From an uncultured Chloroflexia bacterium (lineage in GTDB: Bacteria; Chloroflexota; Limnocylindria; Limnocylindrales; CSP1-4), in contig CAVPPB010000001.1 of assembly GCA_963707215.1 (NCBI GenBank), forward strand, positions 832,001 through 896,000: DNA of 64,000 bases, written 5' to 3'. Numbering within the stretch: the stretch's first letter is position 1; every line of letters begins with the position of its first letter. Positions 29,318 through 39,473 of this stretch are shown one piece after another. Made by a program: the position numbers and the translations under genes. Under the pieces are notes generated by a model that did no database searches, was not told where the DNA came from, and was given only the letters and a program-made list of their open reading frames with translations.

Positions 29318-29981
29318 CCAGCCCCTCTTCCGCAAGGCCCTCGCGAGCCTGATCTCCGGCCAGTTCGACCTCAACGTCGTCGGCGAGGCCAGCGACGGGC
29401 GTGAGGCGCTGGAGCAGGTCCGCAACCTCCGACCCGACCTGGTAGTCATGGACGTCCAGATGCCCGGCGTAGACGGGATCGGCGGGGTCAAGGCCATCCG
29501 GACGGCCGGGATCGACGTCCCCATCGTCATGCTCACCATCTCCGACGAGGACGACGACCTCTTCGAGGCCGTCCAGGCCGGCGCCAACGGCTACCTGCTC
29601 AAGAACATGCGGCCGGAGCAGATCTTCGAAGGCATCCGCGGCGCGGCCAAGGGCGAGGCCCCGGTCGCCGGCGCTGTCGCCGGCAAGCTCCTCGAGGCAC
29701 TCCGCCACGGCGGGGTGGCGCCCAGCCGGGTCGCCACCGACGCCACGCCCGAGGAGATGTCGCTGACCCGTCGCGAGGCGGAGATCCTCCAGCTGATCGC
29801 GGCCGGCCTGTCCAACAAGGAGATCGCCGCTCGCCTGACGATCACCGAGGGCACGGTCAAGAACCACGTCCACCACGCCCTCGAGAAGCTCCACCTGACC
29901 AACCGGGTCCAGGCCGCGGCCTACGCGGTCCGCCACGGCTACGGTCGCGGGGACGGCACGGGATCCGAGCCGGCTGGCTGA
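29274..29981 (+). CDS. NarL/LuxR-family response regulator
   Basis: ILLVDDQ, DLVVMDVQMP, GYLLK, LTRREAEIL...GLSNKEIA...TVKNHV. Confidence 0.93.
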   Translation: MSHQPPRLRILLVDDQPLFRKALASLISGQFDLNVVGEASDGREALEQVRNLRPDLVVMDVQMPGVDGIGGVKAIRTAGIDVPIVMLTISDEDDDLFEAVQAGANGYLLKNMRPEQIFEGIRGAAKGEAPVAGAVAGKLLEALRHGGVAPSRVATDATPEEMSLTRREAEILQLIAAGLSNKEIAARLTITEGTVKNHVHHALEKLHLTNRVQAAAYAVRHGYGRGDGTGSEPAG

Positions 29982-30167
29982 CTCCTGGCGCTGCGTCAGC
30001 GAGCCGATGTGCGCCACGGGGTACATGCCGGTTCGCTTCACCCCGATGGTCACGGGATCGCCGTAGGCCGGACGATAGAGACGTGACCCAGGATTGTGCC
30101 GTCGGGCGGATGGTCGGCCTCGTGGACGGGCCCCTAGCATCCCGAGGGTGGGGCCCAAGGCGGGCCC

Positions 30168-30632
30168 GTGCACGGGGGCGCCGAATTGGCGGCCGATCCG
30201 ATCTCGGTCCTGCTGCTCTACGTCAACCCGCTTCTCGGCGAGGGGCTCGAGCGCCTGCTGACCGCCGAGCCGCGACTGTCGGTGACGGCACTCCACCTGG
30301 CCTGCTCCGCTCCTCTCGCGCCGATCGCCGATCAGGATGCCGACGTGGTCATCTTCGAGGAGGGTGGTCCGCTGGGCCTCGAGCAGCTCCTCGAGCGGAC
30401 CCGTGCTCCGATCGTCATCGCGGTCAGCCTCCACACGGGCGACGTCTGGACGCTTCGGCGCGACGACCTGCGCAAGCGTTCCGGTGATGTCGTCGACGAG
30501 ATCGTGGCGACCTGCCTGGGCCGCGCCGACGCCGCGGCCCGCGCCGTTCGGGGCGGGCGCCGACGACCGGTCGCGATCGAGGTGGCCGATGACCAGCGGA
30601 CGCCGACCCCCCGAGCGTATCGCCCCGCCTGA
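30168..30632 (+). CDS. Hypothetical protein, degenerate receiver-like domain
   Basis: SVLLLYVNPLLGEGLERLL...ADVVIFEE; lacks the canonical Asp pattern and has no output domain. Confidence 0.5.
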   Translation: MHGGAELAADPISVLLLYVNPLLGEGLERLLTAEPRLSVTALHLACSAPLAPIADQDADVVIFEEGGPLGLEQLLERTRAPIVIAVSLHTGDVWTLRRDDLRKRSGDVVDEIVATCLGRADAAARAVRGGRRRPVAIEVADDQRTPTPRAYRPA

Positions 30633-30656
30633 GCCGCCTCGGTATCCTTAGGTCCG

Positions 30657-31139
30657 ATGAGCCTTCCTTCCGGCCACCGCATGCCCCGCCGCCGCGCGCT
30701 CCTCGTCATCGGATCGAGCGTCGCCGCCATCGGCGCCACTCCCCTCGCCCTGGCCGGCTGCGAGCCGCCGGTGCCGGTGGACACGACGTTCGAGCTCGAC
30801 CCGGCAAGCCTGCCCGTGGGCGAACCGACGCTCATCGGCTTCGAGTTCGAGAAGCCCGACGGGTCGATCGGCCAGGGCTCGGCCTGGTTCCTGCGCAGCG
30901 ACGACGACGCGCTCGTTGCCTACGACCCGCGCTGCACCCACCAGGCTTGCGAGTACGCCTGGGAGCCGGCCCAGGCGCAGTTCACCTGCGTCTGCCACGA
31001 GGCCGCCTTCTCCCTGGACGGCGAGGTCTTGTTCGGCCCGCCGCCACGGCCGCTGGCTCGGTTCCCGATGGTCGTCAGCGGGACGTCGGTGACCCTCACG
31101 GTCCCCTCGAACCTGCAGGCGCCCAAGACCGAAGGCTGA
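30657..31139 (+). CDS. Second Rieske [2Fe-2S] protein (probable Tat lipoprotein)
   Basis: RRRALL plus LAGC; CTHQAC, CVCH, GPPPRPL. Confidence 0.85.
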   Translation: MSLPSGHRMPRRRALLVIGSSVAAIGATPLALAGCEPPVPVDTTFELDPASLPVGEPTLIGFEFEKPDGSIGQGSAWFLRSDDDALVAYDPRCTHQACEYAWEPAQAQFTCVCHEAAFSLDGEVLFGPPPRPLARFPMVVSGTSVTLTVPSNLQAPKTEG

Positions 31140-31369
31140 GCGAGCGGTTGCTGGGAACCCGGTCGCTCGGCGGCTGCCCACCGCGGGGTGCGACCGCCCA
31201 GGACCCTTGGCCCTGATCGGCTGATATACCCCCGGTGCGTGGACGCACCGCCGCCTGTGCCGAACATGTATCGCCCGGCGGATGGGTCCACGGGACGCTC
31301 CGCGCGACGATATCCACGGTCGACCGTCCCCGACGTGGCCGACCGTGTCCGCTAGTGGGGTGAAAACGA

Positions 31370-32365
31370 ATGTTCCGGGTCACGTCCCTGACCGCGATGT
31401 CGGACCGGCAGCTCGACCGCTGGATCAAGCGGATCGCGGCGCTGGCGCTGATCGCGCTCGTGGCGTTCGTGGCGTTCTACGTCTTCGACCGCTACCGCGA
31501 TCCCGGCCCGACGATGGTCGACCGCAACATCATCGCCCTCGAGGAAGTCGTCCGGGCCGACCCGGCCGACATCACCTCGCGGGGCCAGCTCGCCGACCTC
31601 TACACGGCCGCCGGCCGCTACGAGGATGCGATCGCCCAGTACGGGGCGATCCTCGAGACCGGCAAGGAGACCGAGCTGGCCCACTTCGGGCGGGCCAAGG
31701 CCTACCAGGCCAGCGGGCAGCTCGATGCCGCGGCCGCGGACTTCGAGGTGGTCGTGGGCATCGCCAAGGAAGGCGAGATGGCCCACGTCGACCCGATCCT
31801 GAATGCCGCCTACTTCGGTCTCGGAGCGATCGCCCTCGAGCAGGGCCGCCCGGACGACGCGGTCACCCACCTCACGGCGGCGGTCAACATCAAGCGGGCT
31901 GACGCCGACTCGTGGAACCTCCTCGGGGCGGCCCTGGTCGACGTCGGCGAGCCCGCCAAGGCCATCGAGGCCCTCCAGAAGGCCGTCGCCTTCGTGCCGC
32001 TCGGGTGGGTCGAGCCATACGTGACGATGGCCGAGGCCTACACCGCGCTCGGCCAGCCGGCCCGGGCGGAGTGGGCCAACGCGATGGCCGATCTCTCCGC
32101 CGGCAAGCCCGACGAGGCGAGGACCCGGCTCCTCGCCATCACCGAGGGCGAGACGGCCCTCGACGCCGCCATCGGCCTGGCGCTCATCGCCGAGACCGAG
32201 GGCGATGGGCCAGCGGCGGTGGAGTGGTACACGAAGGCGCTGGCGATCGATCCCGAGAACGCGGCCGCCCGGCTCGGTCTCGGCAGGGTCAGCGACCCAG
32301 CCGCCAGCGCGGCTCCACTGCCCGAGCTGCCCGAGCCCGGTGCCGTGGAAGGCGGCCAGGGCTGA
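31370..32365 (+). CDS. Membrane-anchored TPR protein (start may be 31397)
   Basis: N-terminal TM then multiple TPRs (LADLY..AGRYEDA, AYFGLGAIA, WNLLGAAL, ALAIDPENAAA). Confidence 0.85.
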   Translation: MFRVTSLTAMSDRQLDRWIKRIAALALIALVAFVAFYVFDRYRDPGPTMVDRNIIALEEVVRADPADITSRGQLADLYTAAGRYEDAIAQYGAILETGKETELAHFGRAKAYQASGQLDAAAADFEVVVGIAKEGEMAHVDPILNAAYFGLGAIALEQGRPDDAVTHLTAAVNIKRADADSWNLLGAALVDVGEPAKAIEALQKAVAFVPLGWVEPYVTMAEAYTALGQPARAEWANAMADLSAGKPDEARTRLLAITEGETALDAAIGLALIAETEGDGPAAVEWYTKALAIDPENAAARLGLGRVSDPAASAAPLPELPEPGAVEGGQG

Positions 32366-33432
32366 TGACGACCCCGCAGATGACGGCCGACACCGTCCCG
32401 CCGGCGGCTGACACCGCCCCCGACGCCCCCACCCCGACCGAGCTCTCCCCGGAAGAGGAGCAGAAGCGGCGACGGCGCAAGGCCATCATCTTCTTCCTGC
32501 TCCTCGGCTTCCTGGGGATCCTCCTGCTCCTGCTGCTCTGGTACCTGCTGTTCCGGCAGCCGCTGCCGATCGTCCCGCCGATCCCGGAGGCTCAGCTGCC
32601 CGGCTATGCGACCAGCGTCTACGGGGCCTCCAGCCCCGCCGGTGTCGCGGTGACGCCGGCCGGCGACCGCATCTACGTCACCGAGACCGGCGGCGACTAC
32701 GGGATCAAGATCTTCGACGGCGGCGGCGTCCAGGTCGGGGCCATGGAGTTCCCGGCCGACACGGGTACCGGGCACGTCCCGGTGTACATCGCGATCGACC
32801 CGCTCTCCAGCGAGGTGTACGTCTCCGATCGGCCGACCGGCTCGATCCACATCTTCGACCGCGACGGGAAGTACCAGCGCCAGTTCAACCCCGGCGAGGA
32901 GATCCCCGGCTGGCAGCCGCTCGGCCTGGCGTTCGACCCGAACGGCAACCTCTATGTCACCGACCTGGGTGGCGCGACCCAGAAGGTCCTGGTCTTCGAT
33001 CGCACCGGCACGGTCGTCCGGACCATCGGAGCCGACGCGGGCCTGGACTTCCCCAACGGGGTGGCCGTTGATGACGCAGGCCTGGTCTACGTCACCGACA
33101 GCAACAACGGCCGGCTGCTCATCTTCGGCCCCGATGGCTCGATCTCGGGCCAGATCGGCCGCGGCGCCGGCGCCGGCAATCTCGGGCTTCCCCGCGGCCT
33201 GGCCATCGATGGCCAGGGTCGCGTCTTCGTCGTCGACACCAGCGGGAACGGCGTCTTGCTGTACCGGACGCTGGGCGAGGACGAGCGGCGACCCGAATAC
33301 GTGGGGTTCTTCGGCGGTCACGGGCTCTCCGACGGCCAGTTCGCGTTCCCGATGGGCGCGGCCGTCGACGACCGGGGCCGCGTCTATGTGGCCGACACGG
33401 CCAACGGCCGTGTCCAAGTCTGGAGCTACTAG
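32365..33432 (+). CDS. Membrane-anchored NHL-repeat (6-bladed beta-propeller) protein
   Basis: TM helix then PAGVAV, PLGLAFD, FPNGVAVD, LPRGLAID, FPMGAAVD...YVADTANGRVQ. Confidence 0.9.
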   Translation: MTTPQMTADTVPPAADTAPDAPTPTELSPEEEQKRRRRKAIIFFLLLGFLGILLLLLLWYLLFRQPLPIVPPIPEAQLPGYATSVYGASSPAGVAVTPAGDRIYVTETGGDYGIKIFDGGGVQVGAMEFPADTGTGHVPVYIAIDPLSSEVYVSDRPTGSIHIFDRDGKYQRQFNPGEEIPGWQPLGLAFDPNGNLYVTDLGGATQKVLVFDRTGTVVRTIGADAGLDFPNGVAVDDAGLVYVTDSNNGRLLIFGPDGSISGQIGRGAGAGNLGLPRGLAIDGQGRVFVVDTSGNGVLLYRTLGEDERRPEYVGFFGGHGLSDGQFAFPMGAAVDDRGRVYVADTANGRVQVWSY

Positions 33433-33512
33433 CTCATGTGTAGAGAGGGAGGTGCGACCCGTCCAACGTCGATCCGCCGGCTGGGCCGGCTACCCACACA
33501 GCACACGACAGA

Positions 33513-33880
33513 GAGAAAGGAGGTAAGGACAGTGAAACGCCTGGCGCTCCTGATGACAGGCGGCGCCATCTGGCTGTTCCTTGCCGCACTCCCTGCCCTC
33601 GCTGACGGCGGACCCCACGTCTCGACGATCAACAACGGGTCGCTGGGGATCAACGCCGACAGCTGTGCCGGGTGCCACCGTGCGCACACGGCACAGGGTC
33701 CATTCCTCATCAATGCCGCCGACGAGGAGGCCCTCTGCCTGACGTGCCACGGCGCGGCCGGCACGGGCTCGACCGTCGACGTCATGACCGGCGTCCAGTA
33801 CACCCTGGGCGGAGACGGCCTCCGCGGTGGTGCCATCCTTGGTGCTGCCCGCAACGGCGGCTTCGACCAGGCCCGGATCG
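33513..33880 (+). repeat. 368-bp direct repeat, copy 1 (RBS plus 5' part of hexaheme cytochrome A)
   Basis: Matches 34838-35205. I see only two synonymous differences (cctgcc vs cccgct). Confidence 0.93.
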
Positions 33881-34789
33881 ACAGCTCGAACGCGACCCGC
33901 TCGTCGTACCTGCGGAATGCGACCGCCGTGTCGCAGCACCCGAAGGTCAGCGTGCTGGGCGCGGGCGAGGACGTCACCTCCGCGCACCTCGAGCCTGCCC
34001 GACAACGGCCTGACGATGCCGGGCATCGCCTGGGGCAACGGTGACTTCACGGCTGCGGTGGATCCGGGGCCGGCCTTCGAACTGAGCTGCGCGTCCTGCC
34101 ACAACCCGCATGGGAACGGGCAGTACCGCATCCTCAACCCGATCCCGAATGGGTCGGGCGCCACCACCGGCGTCGAAGTCGCCGACGCGGCCCTGCCGCC
34201 GGCTGGTGACACGCGCAACTACACGGTCATCCAGGAACTCGATCGCCGACGGCGGCTACGCTCTCTCGCGAGCGACGTCGTGGCCGGTGGCTTCGCCGCC
34301 ACCGACGGCGACTACTTCCGTCGGAACGTGCCGTGGGCACCCGAGATCGTCGACCCGGTCAACTGCGACCCGACGATCTTCCCGCGGCCGGATTGCCCGG
34401 TCGATACGAACAATGATGCACCGAACGGTGACCCCGACTTCAACGTCGCGATCACCGCCTGGTGCAGCCAGTGCCATACCCGGTACCTGGCCGATGGCAA
34501 CACCCCGGTCGCAGGCAACCCCTACGAGACGGACTCCGGTGACGCCATCTTCACGTACCGCCACCCGACGCGCTCGAACCGGACGTGCAACGTCTGCCAC
34601 GTCTCGCACGGCTCGAACGCCACGATGGATGGCACGTTCAGCGTCAACGCGACCTACCCGGATGGGACGGTCTCAGCCAGCAGCCGGCTCCTGAAGGTCG
34701 ACAACCGTGGCACCTGCCAGGCTTGTCACGATCCGACAGGGACCATCACGGCTGGCACGATCATCGGACCACCCGCGGGAGTGCCGTAG
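33532..34789 (+). CDS. Secreted hexaheme cytochrome c, OmcS-like, copy A (indels near 33993 and 34233-34265)
   Basis: AGAAAGGAGGT RBS, Sec signal; CAGCHRAH, CLTCH, LSCASCHNPHG..YRIL, WCSQCH, YRHP, CNVCHVSH, CQACH. Confidence 0.88.
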
Positions 34790-34797
34790 AAGCTCAG

Positions 34798-34829
34798 TCA
34801 CCGGAGGCCCCCTCGGGGGCTTCCGGTGA
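34798..34829 (+). terminator. Strong intergenic stem-loop between the two hexaheme genes (no U-tract; terminator or mRNA stabiliser)
   Basis: TCACCGGAGGCCCC-CTCG-GGGGCTTCCGGTGA, 14-bp stem with one G-U pair. Confidence 0.6.
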
Positions 34830-34837
34830 TCTCAGGC

Positions 34838-35205
34838 GAGAAAGGAGGTAAGGACAGTGAAACGCCTGGCGCTCCTGATGACAGGCGGCGCCATCTGGCT
34901 GTTCCTTGCCGCACTCCCCGCTCTCGCTGACGGCGGACCCCACGTCTCGACGATCAACAACGGGTCGCTGGGGATCAACGCCGACAGCTGTGCCGGGTGC
35001 CACCGTGCGCACACGGCACAGGGTCCATTCCTCATCAATGCCGCCGACGAGGAGGCCCTCTGCCTGACGTGCCACGGCGCGGCCGGCACGGGCTCGACCG
35101 TCGACGTCATGACCGGCGTCCAGTACACCCTGGGCGGAGACGGCCTCCGCGGTGGTGCCATCCTTGGTGCTGCCCGCAACGGCGGCTTCGACCAGGCCCG
35201 GATCG
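34838..35205 (+). repeat. 368-bp direct repeat, copy 2 (RBS plus 5' part of hexaheme cytochrome B)
   Basis: Matches 33513-33880. Confidence 0.93.
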
Positions 35206-36045
35206 GCTCGAGTGAGGTCTACCGGATCTCGACCGCGAGCGGCTCCCTTCGGACGAAGGTGCCGGTCCTGGCGACTCCGGCGGACGTCACGTCGTCCCAC
35301 CTCGAGCTGCCCGACAACGGCCTGACCAATCCTGGGCAACGCCTGGGGCAACGGCCCGGACGGGTCGGGTGCCGGCCGAGCGTCGAGCTGAGCTGCGCGT
35401 CCTGCCACAACCCGCATGGGAACGGGCAGTACCGCATCCTCAACCCGATCCCGGACCCCGCCGCGACGGCCGCCGGGGCCTTCTACCCGGTCGCGGCGCC
35501 GGGCGCTCTGGTCACCGACGCCGCGCTGCCACCGGCACGGCGACACCCGCAACTACACGGTCATCCAGACCGTCGCGAGCGCGCCGACCTTGCTGGCAAG
35601 CGACGTGCCGAGCGTTCCCGGCTACACGCCGACGGCGGGAGACTACTTCCACCGTGGCGTGCCGTGGAACACGCGGACGAACAACGACGCTCCGAACGGG
35701 CTGACCAGCTTCAACAGCGAGATCACTGCGTGGTGCAGCGCCTGCCACACGCGGTACTACTCGGAGGACGACGGGACCAACCCGACCCCGAACACCATCT
35801 TCAAGTACCAGCACAACACCCAGAGCAACCGGGCCTGCACGACCTGCCACGTGTCCCACGGCTCGAACGCCCAGATGGACGGCACCTACTCGTCGACGTA
35901 CACCTACCCGGATGGGCGGGTGTCGGCGAACAGCCGCCTCCTGAAGATCGACAACCGCGGCACCTGCCAGGCCTGCCATGACCCGACAGGGACCTTCGGC
36001 CCCAGCAACAGCGTGGGCCCGGTCCCGGTGCCGCTCGTCCCGTAA
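34857..36045 (+). CDS. Secreted hexaheme cytochrome c, OmcS-like, copy B (indels near 35335-35375 and 35537)
   Basis: CAGCHRAH, CLTCH, LSCASCHNPHG..YRIL, WCSACH, YQH, CTTCHVSH, CQACH. Confidence 0.88.
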
Positions 36046-36164
36046 TCCGAACCCCACTCGGCCCACCCCGGACCGAGCAAGAGGATCGGCTCACCGATCG
36101 TGGTGGCCGTGGCCGAGACCGCGGCCACCACGACGAACCAGATGAAAGTCGAGCGTCCTGACGG

Positions 36165-38963
36165 ATGAAGCGCCCACCGGCGCACCGAACCGGCCCAGCT
36201 GCCGCCGCGATCCTCCTGGTCGCGTCGCTGCTGCTGTCCGTCACCCCGGTCGTGCCCCGGGTCGGCGCCATCGACCCGACCCCGGTGCCGAGCGCGAGCG
36301 AGCCTGCTTCGCCGACGCCAGCACCCGCCCCGACCCCCACCGATCCGCCGTCCCCCGGCCCCTCCCCGACACCGTCGCCCACGCCGTCGCCCGACCCGAG
36401 CTCGAGCCCGGTTCCGACGCCGCCGTCGTCGCCGTCACCAGCCCCCACGTCGCCTCCGTCGGCGAGCCCCTCGCCGACGCCGAGCCCGGTTCCGAGCGAC
36501 CCCCCGTCGCCGCAGCCGTCGCCGACGCCCAAGCCATCGCCGAGCCCGCTTCCACTCGATGCGGTCGTGCTCCAGTCGGCGGATGCCCCTGAGGTCGGGG
36601 CTCGCCGCGTGGACCCCGGCGCGCTCGTCGCCATCACCCTCACGATCCTCGCCACGGGTCCGGTCACCGACGCCGAGCTCGTCGAGCAGGTGCCCATCGG
36701 CTGGCTCGTCGTCGATGCGGCCGGCGGCACCTACGATCTGGCCGAGCGGTCGGTCCGCTGGTCCGTGTCGAGCCTGGTGGCCGGCAGTACCTGGGAGCGA
36801 AGGGTCGTCGTTCGAGCGCCATCGCTCGGAGCCGGCGACCCGGTGCTCGATGCTCGCTTCGAGGCGAAGCTCGTCGGGCGAAGTGATCGGGTCCTCGCCG
36901 CGCCGCTCGACCTGCTCGTCGCGCCGGAGCTCGTCATCGCCGAGACCACGTTCGCCACCATCGACGACCTGAGCCAGGTCCCGACCTACCTCACCCCCGG
37001 CGAGGCCCTTGACGCGGTCGCAGCCTTCGACCGGATCCGGCTCCGATTCCAGGTCCGCAACCCTGATTCCATCCCCGTCACGATCGTCCCCGACCTCGAG
37101 TACCGGGCCGTAGGTGACGCTCGCTTCGTCGCCTTGCCGGCCGGCGACCCGGCGCGTGGGGTCCCCTTCTACCTGGCGACCGAGTGGCGACCGGCTGGCA
37201 AGGGGAAGACCGGCACGGTCGTAGGTCCGCCCACGGAACCCATCCCGCCTGGCGACCTCAAGGCCGACGTCAAGGACGACCCGTCCCAGCGACCTTCCCA
37301 GGGGCGCCGGTTCATGGGCACGGACCCGGAGGCCGAGGTCATCGTGCCGGCGAACAGCTACACGGAGATCGAGTTCACCCTTCGGGCTTCGATCGACGCC
37401 CCGTACGGGCGCTCGTTCGAGCTTCGGCTGGTCGATGACGGCCGACCGGTGGCGGCGGCCGTCATCGCCTCGCTCGCGACCGGCCCGAGGCCGCCGCTCG
37501 TGCTGACGCCCGGTCAGCGCAACGGCCTGGATGTCGGGGCGCCGGTCGACGCCGGGGCCGCGCCGGCGTCGCTGTCGCCGACCGCTGCTCGGCAGAGCGG
37601 CGTCGACCACGCCCTGCTGCCGCCCGACCGCATCGTCGACGCACGGAGTGCGGTCGCGACCGGGCTGCCGCGCTACCGACTCGCGATCGCCCAGCTCACC
37701 GAGCCCGATGCCGCGGGACCTCTCGCAGCCCCCTTCGATTCGCCCCACGTCCCGGATACGTCCCTGGTGACCGACACCTGCGCCCGATGCCACAGCGCAC
37801 ACACCGGACAGGGACCCATGCTGCTGCCCGACCCGAACCCCCAGAGCTCCCTCTGCCTGTCATGCCACGACGGGAGCGGCTCGGACATCGACGTGGCCGG
37901 GCGGTACGCCGACCAGGACGTGCCCGCGAACGACGAGGCCACTCGGTCCACCTACCGCCACGACGCGCTGGCGCCGTCGGTCCACACGCTGGCCGGCGAC
38001 GACGAGTTCGGCGGGCTCCTCGAGCGCCACAGCGAGTGCGCCGACTGCCACAACCCGCACAACTCGGTGGCGACCGATGCGACGCAGACGACGACCGGCT
38101 GGACGGTGTCCGGCCGCCAGGCCGCCCTCTCCGGGGTCGCCGTGACCAACGGCCCGGCGGGGACCGCCCCCACATACGCCTTCCTGGACGGGAGCGCGAA
38201 TGCCCAGCCGACCCGCGAATACGAGATCTGCCTCAAGTGCCACTCCGGCTACACCGTCCTGCCCTCGAACGTCGGCCAGCCGCCGTCCCGGTACGCCCTG
38301 GACAAAGGCCTCGAGCTCAACCCCGGCAACGCCTCCTACCACCCGGTCGAGGCCGCGGGCACCAACCAGACGGCAGCCATGGCCAACGGGCTGGCCGGCA
38401 CCTCGCCCTACAAGCTCTGGGACTTCACGACGGCAGGGACGGTCCGCTGCGTCAACTGCCACGCCGATCCGGCGGTCCTGGACCCGGACCAGCCGCCGAC
38501 AGCCGGCAGCGCCCTGGCCCCGCACGTGAGCCAGAACCGGGGGCTCCTGCTCCAGCCATACCGCGACAGATCGCTCAAGCCCGTCGGCGAGCCGTATTCG
38601 GCCGCGGACTTCGCTCTCTGCTACGTCTGTCACTCGGAGGCGCCGTACCTGAACATCAGGACGGGGGCCACGGCGTTCGACTTCCACGCCCTGCACGTTT
38701 CGGACCTGCCGGGGGGCAGCGGCGGGCTGGACATCGACACGCCCGGCGCCGGGCAGGGCTACGCGGTCTGCGCCGAGTGCCACTTCCGCCTCCATTCGAC
38801 CGCCCAGGCCGTCAACGATGGCGACCGGGACAACAGCCGACTGGTGAACTTCGCCCCCAATGTCGTGCCGAACAACGGGGTGCTTGAGTGGCAGAAGGTC
38901 GGCGCGGGCGGGACCTGCACGCTGACCTGCCACGGCGAGCCTCACCGGAACGCCGACTACTAG
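36165..38963 (+). CDS. Large secreted multidomain cytochrome: signal, Pro/Ser/Thr linker, beta-sandwich-like domains, octaheme domain
   Basis: [38 protein letters not shown] plus atypical CTLTCH. Confidence 0.88.
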   Translation: MKRPPAHRTGPAAAAILLVASLLLSVTPVVPRVGAIDPTPVPSASEPASPTPAPAPTPTDPPSPGPSPTPSPTPSPDPSSSPVPTPPSSPSPAPTSPPSASPSPTPSPVPSDPPSPQPSPTPKPSPSPLPLDAVVLQSADAPEVGARRVDPGALVAITLTILATGPVTDAELVEQVPIGWLVVDAAGGTYDLAERSVRWSVSSLVAGSTWERRVVVRAPSLGAGDPVLDARFEAKLVGRSDRVLAAPLDLLVAPELVIAETTFATIDDLSQVPTYLTPGEALDAVAAFDRIRLRFQVRNPDSIPVTIVPDLEYRAVGDARFVALPAGDPARGVPFYLATEWRPAGKGKTGTVVGPPTEPIPPGDLKADVKDDPSQRPSQGRRFMGTDPEAEVIVPANSYTEIEFTLRASIDAPYGRSFELRLVDDGRPVAAAVIASLATGPRPPLVLTPGQRNGLDVGAPVDAGAAPASLSPTAARQSGVDHALLPPDRIVDARSAVATGLPRYRLAIAQLTEPDAAGPLAAPFDSPHVPDTSLVTDTCARCHSAHTGQGPMLLPDPNPQSSLCLSCHDGSGSDIDVAGRYADQDVPANDEATRSTYRHDALAPSVHTLAGDDEFGGLLERHSECADCHNPHNSVATDATQTTTGWTVSGRQAALSGVAVTNGPAGTAPTYAFLDGSANAQPTREYEICLKCHSGYTVLPSNVGQPPSRYALDKGLELNPGNASYHPVEAAGTNQTAAMANGLAGTSPYKLWDFTTAGTVRCVNCHADPAVLDPDQPPTAGSALAPHVSQNRGLLLQPYRDRSLKPVGEPYSAADFALCYVCHSEAPYLNIRTGATAFDFHALHVSDLPGGSGGLDIDTPGAGQGYAVCAECHFRLHSTAQAVNDGDRDNSRLVNFAPNVVPNNGVLEWQKVGAGGTCTLTCHGEPHRNADY
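36275..36555 (+). repeat. Low-complexity PSP/PTP linker-coding region
   Basis: About 90 aa of repeated PSPTP/PPSP units. Confidence 0.75.
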
Positions 38964-39241
38964 ATGGAGCGGCCTGCCCGGCGCATCTGACCACCGCGAG
39001 CCCAGCAGGACGGTCCCACCCGCGCCATCAGGGGAATCGGTGCGAAGGCACGCCAGCGTGCACGGTCGCGGCTCGGGGCCGACGGAACCCCGTCGCCGTC
39101 ACGCCTGATGACGCGCACCCCAAGCACTCACGTCGCCGCGGCGACCGCTCCCGAGCGTTGACCCAGGTCGGCGGACGATGGTGGCGGAGCCCGGGGATCG
39201 GGAGCGTCGTCCTGGCCCCCGCCTTGTCGCCCGCTCCTGCG

Positions 39242-39261
39242 CATATATCCAGGGATACATG
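39242..39261. promoter_or_regulatory. Palindromic candidate regulator-binding site upstream of the maturation operon
   Basis: CATATATCC-AG-GGATACATG (8/9 dyad); a related site, CATATTC-GC-GGATACG, lies at 27484-27499. Confidence 0.45.
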
Positions 39262-39473
39262 GCCCGGGCCGTTCCTCCATCCCCCGGCCGGCCGAATGGC
39301 CCCCGAAATGTGCCCGCTGACGGATAGGTCGGCGGCCTGGCCCTCCGGACAATCGCCTCAGGTGTCAATGGGCTCGCGACGCGATCGCGAGCAGGAAGAG
39401 AGGGCGATCCGATGGAAGCCATGCGAAGCGGTGGTCGGACGCGCGCCGCGCGTCCCCGCCGGAGCGGTCGGTC

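Noticed and set aside
33513-35205. 368-bp repeat as IS ends, CRISPR or a DGR TR/VR pair
   Set aside because: It is a coding direct repeat. There is no transposase, reverse transcriptase or spacer array, and the differences are not adenine-specific.
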